Shown: positions 54,895-64,000 of the stretch, one piece after another
Position numbering within the stretch: the first letter of the stretch is position 1
How the letters are laid out: every line of letters begins with the position of its first letter
Source of the DNA: Zootoca vivipara
Taxonomy: Eukaryota
Length of the DNA: 64,000 nt
Assembly: GCF_963506605.1 (NCBI RefSeq)
Contig: NC_083280.1
Span: 30,070,001 to 30,134,000, forward strand
Reading direction: 5' to 3'
Notes under the pieces: model-generated
The model's input: only the letters and a program-made list of their open reading frames with translations
Database searches by the model: none
What the model was told of the DNA's origin: nothing
Made by a program: the position numbers and the translations under genes

Positions 54895-55844
54895 TTCTGT
54901 GGATTTACACTAGCTGTTGTCAGTGGAGATCTCATTGAGGGCAGTTTCTACCCACCTCCACCTCTGTAGATAGAATATATACAGCAGTGAAGGACCCATA
55001 TTGATGGATCCCAGAAAATGGACACAATCGCTGCTTCCTAACCCCTTCCAAGATGGTGGATTGTGGGTTAGGATTGCTTTGAGGCTGCAGTCGTGTGCAT
55101 ACCGGTACTCATCCGGGAGTAAGCCCTGTTGAATATAGTGAGCTCTGTTGAACAGGATGGGACTTACCATCTGAGTAAATAGGCATAGCATCACATTGTA
55201 AAGCAAGCAGGGATGAACGGCAGTTTATTTACAGTGCATATCAATTTTGTGTGCTAATTCATAAGTCAGTTCTGTCCCATTTTTGCATTCTGCACCTTTT
55301 TGCCATCTGCAAATTTCATATTTAAATACCGTATGTGTTTTATACTGGTTATCCTAAAGTATTTGTTTATCCAAGTATTTATATATGTCTCTCTTGCAGA
55401 ACATCAGGGCAGCATATAGCAATACAAAGACCTTTGAAAGCAACACAGAGCAATCATTAAAATTTGCTTAGGTTGCTAGTAATTTTAAACCACTGCATAG
55501 GACTATTAGCAACCCCCTCCCCTCTCCCCTGCACAGAGAACATTGGACTGTATGGAACCTAATTATTCTCATGGTAGACCTATTGAGATTAATAGACCCA
55601 AGTTAGTCATGTCAGTTATTGTGAATGGGTGTCTTCTGAGTAGGACTAACATTAGATGAAATGACATTTGGAGAAATACGAAATCTAAATGAAAACCTCA
55701 TTCCAATCACACAGTATTTTGGAAGGTTGGGATCAGGTATGTTCGCATTCCTTAAAGCAAGTACCTGGGAAATTAGATGAGCGAAACAAATGTAGTGATA
55801 TGGAATTGGTGAAAGTTTTAATAGGTACTGTTTCTTCTCTCCAG

Positions 55845-55954
55845 CTCCTCTCCTCTCAATGGAAGTAGTCAGTGACTACATTGATTGGGATATTGATCAT
55901 CTGGGCTTTGTCCAGAAAAATTACTTTGGACTCGCAGACTCAAAGAGCAATATG
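55845..55954 (+). other. Candidate 110-nt alternative (frameshifting) exon in FAM124B intron
   Basis: tttcttctctccag acceptor and atg|gtaatt donor; length not a multiple of 3. Confidence 0.4.
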
Positions 55955-57216
55955 GTAATTTTTTTAAAAAAATGCATCAAGATAGAGAATAGTGAGCTAT
56001 GTCATGACTCAAGCTCATTAGCCTTACATTTCTTATCCCAATGCTGCAATATTTTAAACAAGAGATGCCTGGAATTGAATCTCTTGTGTGCAAAACCATG
56101 CGATTTAAACCTTGGTCTATGGCCCTTCTTACCTCGAAAACATCTTTTAAAATATACACTCCCCCTTTTCCCCCTAGCTCAGTGTGGGTGTCACAAAAAC
56201 CTTCACACAAAGAAGAAATTAAAAAAAAAAGAGGGCGGGGGGTGGCGAGAGAAGAATACAGCTGCGTCCGCCAAAGGATGAGGTATTGTTGGTGAAACCC
56301 ATCTGAGTAATAGCTAGGGAAACAGGGCAAGTTGCTTTGCTGCATTCACACTTAGGGAAATTAGGGTTTTCAGTAAGATAGAATATTAGCATCCCCCCCT
56401 CCCACAGGAAGGTTGTACAGGAAAACAGGAAGCAGGTGGTAATTACTGATAATGGGATAATTGTTGTATTGTGTGATCTCTACCCCCCTCCTGCCATTTT
56501 GCTTTAGGAGCTCCCCAGAAAGATAGTTTTAAGCATGTTGTATCTAAGCAACACTACAAGCAGGGCCATCTTTTGTTTGCCTTTTGCAATGACATGGGAA
56601 TGGGATTCTTGCTAGCATTTGACGTTTGCTTTACGTGCATCTAGGACATCCCCAGAATGGGAAACAATGATCCTATCACTTTTATTCTTGCCTTCTTTAA
56701 ACAAAACATAGTTTGCAATATAGTTGTTCTAGTTTGCATGTGACACTTCTAATTTGCATAGAATTTGCATGACACTACTGTACCTATTTTACAGATGGGG
56801 ATCAGAATCATTTCAGAAAGCAGCCACAGATTTCCAGCCTGGGGAAATCGCATGAATCTTTCCCCTGGGATTGGAGCTTCCCAGGGCTGCTCATTCTGTG
56901 GTTAGACATCACTCAACTGGCCCTGACCGTCCTACTGAATCATTTAAATGTTAACATAGCTACGTGGAAGCTATTCCTGCATGGCTAGGGCTGTAGCTGG
57001 CAGAAATCGAGGCTTACGACTGGGGAGAGCCTGGTTCAAATCTCCGCTCAGCTATGAAGCTCGCTGGGTGACCTTGAGCCAGTTACATTCTTTCTCTCCC
57101 TACCTCACAGGGTAGTTGTGAAAATAAAGTGTGTGTGTGTGTAAGAATTTGTAAGTCACCCTGGGGTCCTTGGAGATGTGGGATAAAACAATAAAACTTG
57201 CTTAAATACTCTAAAG

Positions 57217-57352
57217 CAGGCATCCCCAAACTCAGCCCTACAGATGTTTTGGGACTACAACTCCCATCATCCCTAGCTAAGGGGACCAGGGGTCAGAGAT
57301 GATGGGAATTGTAGTCCCAAAACATCTGGAGGGCCGAGTTTGGGGATGCCTG
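57217..57352. mobile_element. hAT-type MITE (791/25881 family), followed by an older related MITE at about 57361-57470
   Basis: TIR caggcatccccaaactc; TSD (c/t)tctaaag. Confidence 0.9.
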
Positions 57353-58334
57353 TTCTAAAGCAACCACGCCCAACCTGGTGCCTTCCATATATTTTGAACT
57401 ACAACAACTACCCAGCTGAGGCTGATGGGAGTTGTAGTCCAAAACTGTTGGAAGGCACCAGGTTGGGGGGCGGGATTGAACCAAAAGTATTTTACACTTT
57501 CAGGATTGATCTCAAATCCATGACATTGGTAGCTAGGCAACAAATAAACAGCTTACATTTCTAGGAAACTCCCTCTGACACACGCGTATACACTCACACT
57601 TTGCTTTGAGATTGCTGTGAGGAAATGAGGCCTCTGGAATAATTGGTGCAGTGCCATATGGCAGGATGTGCAATAGCCTTGCATAAAGGCAGCATTTAGA
57701 AACAGTTTCCCTGAAGTCTTGCCTCTCTTGAAATTGCTTCTTGGGAGATAGACATCTGTTATCTGCAGCACCCACATTGGATTCCCTTTAGTTGTCCTAT
57801 GTCTTTTTAGCCTTTTTTAAAAAAAAGGTTTATCAGCACAGGACAGAAGGGTGTTGTCTCAGGAAGAGTGCTACCGTAGCTTTGTAAACACAGACCCCAA
57901 CACTTGGCATAGAGATTTGAAGGAGAAAACAACACTGAGTCTTTGAAAACATTAGCATCACCTTGCATTTGCACAGAGATGGTGGTTTACGAGGGTTGTG
58001 TTAAGATCCTGCAGTGAAAGAAAATCTGGTCTGGATTTTAGGGATTTGCAAATGTAAGGTATAGAGCTCTGTCTTGGGAGCTAGGAGATGCGAGATTTCC
58101 CCCACCCTTGTCTTATCATCACATTTCTAACACCCAATATGCAGGTAATAAAAAGATTAATCTCTTGTGTTAGTGCCATTCTGAGGTCTGCAGAGCATAT
58201 AGAGGAGCTTAAGTGGGAATCGGTTGGGAAGTGCAGAGTTAATTGTTTTACTTTGGTGTTTGTTGCTGTGTGTGATATCCCTTAATCCGTAAGCACTGAG
58301 GCAGCTCTTGTATTATTCCTTGTGTACTTTCAAG

Positions 58335-59077
58335 GTCACTATACAATGGATGGAAGGGCAGACTCGTTGGTGATGACTGTGCACTTGCTTGCCAAATGTG
58401 GACACGCGTTGCCCTTGCAACAAGCCCTCAATCAGCTTCAAGAATGGATCTGCCTGGACGTGCGCCTCTTCCTTGTGTCGGAACGCACTTCTCCCATAAA
58501 GTATTATGAGACGTACCGCCAGAGGAGCTCCAGGTTCCCTGGGACATCTGTGTTACTTTTCCTGCATGAGGACTTGGGGGAAGAGCGGATTTTCCAAGTC
58601 CACGACTTTTTCCAGCACCCGCCGTGGCAGCGAGTCCACCTGGAGATTGCCAGCAGGAAGCTGTCGCCCCATACCCTTGAGGACCAGGACTTCTATGGGC
58701 TGGACGAGCACATGCCCGTGTGGGGACTGAGGCAAGTTCATTACGGCACGGAAATCTTGCGCGTTACGCTCTACTGTAGCTTTGATAACTACGCCGATGC
58801 AGTGAGGCTCTACGAGACAATCCTGCAGAAGGAAGCGACTGTGCAGAAAAGCAGCTTCTGTGCCTTCGTGCTGCACGTGACAGAGAGCATTGCGGTCCAG
58901 CTCTGCTTGAAGCAGCTGCCTCTGGGAATATGCGTGGACTCGAAGGAGTCTTCGGTGTTGCAGTTCAAGGTGCATGAAATCGGACAGCTGGTACCGCTTC
59001 TGCCTAATCCCTGCATTCCTATTAGCAGCACTAGGTGGCAAACTGAAGACTACGAAGGGAACAAGATCCTGTTTCAG
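58335..59077 (+). CDS. FAM124B: FAM124B main coding exon (FAM124 domain; internal ATG 58346 MDGRADSLVMTVHLL...GNKILFQ)
   Basis: ORF 58322..59095 matches FAM124B (EILRVTLYCSFDNY, EIGQLVPLLPNPC, RWQTEDYEGNKIL); tttcaag acceptor, cag|gtattg donor; 732 nt from ATG 58346 to the donor; CUL3-FAM124B synteny. Confidence 0.93.
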
Positions 59078-59420
59078 GTATTGCTCGGTTTATAAATGGT
59101 GGGCAGAATCTGCAAGGGAAGGGGGGATGGCCGTAGCTCAGGGGGCAGAGCATTCACTTTGCATGCAGAAGGTCCCCGGTTCAATTCCCAGCATCTCCAT
59201 GTAGGGCTGGGAAATACTTCTGTCTGAAACCCTAGAAACCCAGTGCCAGTTGATATAGACCATACTGAGCTAAATGGACCCAAAGGTCTTGACTCAGCAT
59301 AAGGCAGATCCCTATGTCCACCCGGTGAACCTCTCTTTACTGCATTGGATATTGCATTAACACAGCAGTAGACACTGTGTAAGACTGCTTGGTGTTGATG
59401 GTTTATTGAATTATGATCGT

Positions 59421-59764
59421 AATAATAATAATAATAATCATAATCATAATTAATAATAATAATTTATTATTTATACCCCGCCCATCTGGCCGGGTTCCCC
59501 CAGCCACTCTGGGCGGCTTCCAACAAAATATTAAAATACAGAAATCCATCAAACATTAAAAGCTTCCCTAAACAGGGCTGCCTTGAGATGCCTTCTAGTA
59601 ACTTCTGGTAGTTGCTGTTCTCTTTGAACTCTGGTGGTAGGGCATTCCACAGGGTAGGTACCACTACCGAGAAGGCCCTCTGCCTGGTTCCCTGTAACTT
59701 GGCTTCTCGTAGCCAGAACCGCCAGAAGGCCCTCGGCGCTGGACCTCAGTGTCCGGGCAGAACG
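59421..59764 (-). mobile_element. L2 LINE 3' fragment with (AAT)n tail
   Basis: Matches 8445-8775. Confidence 0.88.
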
Positions 59765-60251
59765 TAATGCTCTCTAAATTTATTCATAACCCTTTCCCCC
59801 CCTTTTGCGTTTATTTCTTTTAAGAAGGGGGGTGCCCATGCTCCTGTACCCCAGTTGAAGCTGAATATTTATGTTGGGATTTCTCTCCTGCCTTCACCCT
59901 GACAACAACGTTAAAATGATGGTTTTTACTCCAACAAAACTGGGAAGCGCACCACGGAAGTCTAATAGGAATTAAAATTCTTCATACTTGCTTTGCCTTT
60001 AGCCATTAAAAGACAAACAACATGCTAAAATGCTTCTGGGAAGTGTCTGGACTTCAGCATGCTTGTAGGCAAGTCAGTTACTGTTTTGCAAAAATAAGTC
60101 TCCCAGGGAGGGGGTGTATTACAAAACATGCTTTAAGAAAACGCCACAAATCACTGTTATAGCTATATGTGAAAAATGTATGTGAACTTAACTGCATGGA
60201 CCAACTCCAATGTGTTAGGGAGTTTTGTAGTTTCAGGGCAGTAGCAGGAAC

Positions 60252-60253
<2 letters not shown>

Positions 60254-60317
<64 letters not shown>
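60254..60317. repeat. (CT)n microsatellite
   Basis: About 32 uninterrupted CT units. Confidence 0.97.
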
Positions 60318-60320
<3 letters not shown>

Positions 60321-61966
60321 TTGCTTGGTCTTTGTACATGGTTGGTATATCTTACTGGTGTCGTGTGTTTCATCTCTTACCAATCTATATTCATAAAAAG
60401 ACTTTTAAAGTCAGGTGCTGGGAGCCTGTGGCCGTCTGTATGTTGGACTACAACTCCCATAATCCCTGACCATTGGCCATGCTTGATGGGGGGTTGGGAG
60501 ACTGATGGAAGTCCAACATCATCTGGAGGACCACCCTGTTCCATAACACAAAACACTTTGGTTTACAACTACATCCAGTGTTAAGGTAATGCACCAGGGC
60601 TATAATTATCGCTCATGGGCTGCTGCCTCCTGGCTATGGTTTGTTGTGTTCTGTAGCTCAACAAAAGCATCTCACTGTGAGTGAGGCATATCTGGCGCAG
60701 CCTGCTTCCATGAAATGCCTCAACTTGTCTTACAGGACAAGGAGACATCTCAACTGGATGTGAAGGTGCATGAGGGCAGCACTCTTAGGACGCCACAACC
60801 TCTGCACAACGGCTGGGTACAATGCTGCATCTGGGGACTTTAGAGGCCAGTCCCAGTTGGGAGGATACCCAGGAGTGGGATAGCAGACACCAGTGCAAAG
60901 GAAAGACTTTACTAAGGAGGAGGAAAGAGTTATAGACTGCAGAAGAAGGAAATAAAGGAAAGCGGTTGTCTTGAACCTCAACAAGGGCTGAGGAACTAGA
61001 GGAAAGAAGAGGGAAGAGACTGGGGCAGTTAATTTTATTGGTGAGCTAAGAGAAGTGAAAGGAAGGAAGAGGGAACATAGGGAAAGTGTATATTCACATA
61101 GAAAGCAATCTGGTGATGAAATGGAGTAAGCAGATTCTGAGCAAGGGCCTCAGCACAAAGTCTGAGGATCTTTGGGACCTGTTAGGCAGGGCAACCTTGA
61201 GAATCAGATTCTGAAGTATGAAATACTTCAGCTTTACACAAATAGCTGCCATTTGAAATCCAGAGATGACCAAGTTGGTGAATCAACTAGGTGCCCTAGG
61301 CTCAAGAGAATTTTCTGTGATTCTAGTTAAGGTGCTAAGTTACTACATGAATCTGCCATGTAGGTGTGCCAATAGTAACACTGATTATGAACCTGGGTCA
61401 ATCACTCAGCTCTGGTGTGCAATTGTTCAAATCTGTGTGTCTCCATCATTTTCTCCTCTGTCCATTCAGAGAATAATATTGGTTTGGAGGTTGTTTTTTT
61501 TAGGGGAGTGAAGTCAAAATATATTCCTGATGGATTAATAAAGATTGCCATAAGGGCAAGAAATGCTTTCACCAAAAGGATTTAAAGCATTCCCTCACTG
61601 AATACTGTTTTCAAGCGGTGTCCTAATGATAGTTTGTGTTTGTATGTTCTCACATGTATTTGTTCGGATTAATAAACCTTAAAGTTCATTGTAAAAACCA
61701 AATATAATGCTGTTTCATAACATCACATTTTGTAACAGCAGCATTGTATTGATTCTAAAAACTATCTATGCCAGTTTCGTAAGAAACATACAAACATACA
61801 TAATACATCACTTTTCGCTATCTTCTTCCATGAGTTTTTGATTTAAAAGTTCTTAGTAGAAGCCTCTTTAACTATTGATATGTGGATTCTGGTTCCACAG
61901 GGGCAGGTGGAGACTTGATCACATGACAGATTATGCTTAACCTCATTTTTTTGTTTTGTTTTATAG

Positions 61967-62623
61967 GTTCAAGGCAACTCGAAGCACACTGGAAATCAAG
62001 ACTCCTCTTCTAGTTGGCACAGCCATGAACACAAGGAAGGGCCCCTTCACTACCCCTGCAGTCCATCTCCATTGGCCATAAGAAAAATTGCAGTACAGCC
62101 CAAAAACCGGACAGTTCGAGCCATGAAGAATAAAAGCAAATCCTCACGAGAAGGTGCATATGCTCCAGGAAGTATTTGCAGTCACTCACCAAGCAACCTT
62201 TGCTCTTCATCCCAGTCATATAGTCCAGCAGGTTCTTCTTGCCAGGGCTTAGGCCCTTCTCAAACGAACTTGGCCACTAAATTGCGACATTCCAGTCATG
62301 AACTCTGGCCTTGTCAAAGGGTGGAGGAGACTGATGTTGACACAGGCAACAAAGTGATCCTTTCCGACTGCAGTGATTCGCCACTAAGTAGATTTTCACA
62401 AGACATACAGAAAGCGCTTCTTCAGTCTCAGGCATCCTGCTGTCTGTTAACGGGATCAGGCTCCACAATCAGCTTGCACTCTGAGGGCAGAAGCAATCTG
62501 TTGTCATCACACATCGCCAAGAGGAATAAAGGATCAGAACAGGTGCCATCAAGTTTCCCCTTGGGAGCATCCAAAACAAGCCATGGATATGGAAAGGATG
62601 AGGAAGAAGAATTCTTTATATGA
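61967..62623 (+). CDS. FAM124B: FAM124B terminal coding exon (VQGNSKH...EETDVDTG...EEEEFFI*)
   Basis: ttttatag acceptor, phase 0, in frame with ORF 62072..62623; ETDVDTG motif and EEEFFI C-terminus typical of the family. Confidence 0.9.
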   Translation, partial: VQGNSKHTGNQDSSSSWHSHEHKEGPLHYPCSPSPLAIRKIAVQPKNRTVRAMKNKSKSSREGAYAPGSICSHSPSNLCSSSQSYSPAGSSCQGLGPSQTNLATKLRHSSHELWPCQRVEETDVDTGNKVILSDCSDSPLSRFSQDIQKALLQSQASCCLLTGSGSTISLHSEGRSNLLSSHIAKRNKGSEQVPSSFPLGASKTSHGYGKDEEEEFFI

Positions 62624-64000
62624 CTTTTCAAGTATAAATCTTGTTCTAGATTTTATTTCAAGTGCCTTATTTCTGAAATAACACTAAAGAACAATATGTA
62701 TGCTGCACAACGACCCTGTCCTTGTGTAGATACCCCAGCTGCCTATACTACCTTTTATGTTAGTGTTTAAAAAGAAAGGCTAAACGTAGTTTGCAAGAGA
62801 GCAAATAAGGTTATGGACTAGGGACTAATGCTAGGAGTTTTAAAAAGAAGAGGAGGACTGTGAGAGAAGTTTCACACACTGGAGGATTACTGTGCAATAG
62901 ATTGAAACAAGCCATTCATTTCAGTGCTCCACAAGCTCACTAGAATTCATTAGCAACCTGGGAGAGATGAACCTGTTCTGCTTCTACGAGCTTTCAGCAC
63001 CCCTGTGCTGCCACCAGTTGGTGGCACAATATTTCCACATTCTAGAGAGATGTGCTTAGCTGTGCAGAAGAACTTCGCACTCATGTGACCAGAGATCTGA
63101 ATTCATGCAACAGCATCTCATTTAAGAGTCTCCGGGGAGCTGAACGGCTCTATTCCCATAGTTTGCATTTGGCTCCTCTCTGAGGGAGCAGCACACTTTG
63201 GGATTATGACTTTGCGCTAGGTAGGAGACTCCCAGTCATCATGATGCTGCAGTTTGCTAACATACGAATTTTACGTGTTTGATAGGTTGAGAAGTATATA
63301 AACTTCATGTCACACAATGTGAACTGAACACTTTGGCTTTAGAGCTAGGATTGCTGGGTAACAGATTTAAGTGGCCTAGCTTGTGAAATCCCCTTTCCCT
63401 TGTGTGTGCTTAGTCCCTGTTAAAATCTGAATGTATGGGGATTCTTTCTAGGAGATCTCTTTGTTTTTATTATACTTGGTAGTGCCCTATAGCTGATTCT
63501 TGCATCACATGGTGACTAGAGATAGAATAGACTCACCGGTCTGAGTTTGGGGCTGTTCCTCTTGATGGGGCTGCCCCTGTTTCCTCTCCCCCCTCCCCAT
63601 TGCCCCTTCCTTACACAAGCTGTTCAAAACTGCTCTGCTGCTTATCTCTTGGAGTCTATATCCCGTGTCATCTTTTTGGTTCCCCCATGAACACTAGGAA
63701 GCACAATGTCACTCTATGATATTACTCCAGCTACTGAATGAATCTTGGCTGAGCCCAAAGGTTTGCTTCTACTTTTGCTGGCTTCACTAATGATACTTTA
63801 TAGCCAGACCTAGAGTGCAGGGAAATGGATACCAATCTCCTTGAATGTGCTTTGACCCTATCACATTTCCAACATGTGCGCCAGAGGAGGAGTTGAATGG
63901 GATATGCTCTGCGGAAGTTAAGCCTTGCCTCAGGAACATTAAGGTATGCCAGTATATAAGTGTGTAGAACGGGTCAGCAAACTTTTTCAGCAGGGGGCCG

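Noticed and set aside
58553-59041. 162-aa antisense ORF
   Set aside because: Shadow of the FAM124B coding exon; no independent signals
60078-60396. ER-repeat and SL-repeat ORFs
   Set aside because: Translation of the (CT)n microsatellite
63009-63026. Short palindrome tgccacca-gt-tggtggca
   Set aside because: An 8-bp arm is expected by chance at this window size, and the CTCF match is imperfect

Overview
Vertebrate (squamate reptile, judged from Sauria SINE, BovB and CR1 content) genomic window with two + strand genes in the same order and orientation as in mammals. CUL3 coding exons 2-16 run from 10465 to 40732, with exon 1 upstream of the window, all GT-AG junctions located and a conserved-looking 3' UTR. 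FAM124B follows, with a CpG-island promoter at about 48330-48760 and main coding exons at 58335-59077 and 61967-62623. Introns and the intergenic DNA are dense with CR1, L2, BovB and RTE LINE fragments, Sauria and other tRNA-derived SINEs, hAT and Tc1/pogo MITEs and microsatellites. Highlights: (1) Three short Penelope-like terminal-repeat insertions carry minimal hammerhead ribozyme motifs. One has an intact core on the CUL3 sense strand (7446-7483). Another forms a 63-bp hairpin wedged between the likely branch point and the acceptor of CUL3 exon 8. (2) A hidden in-frame N-terminal extension of FAM124B is built from a Kozak ATG in the CpG island and a 35-nt microexon, and there is a candidate frameshifting poison exon. 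(3) Several nested or CpG-rich transposon structures. Family names come from motif recognition, not from database searches.
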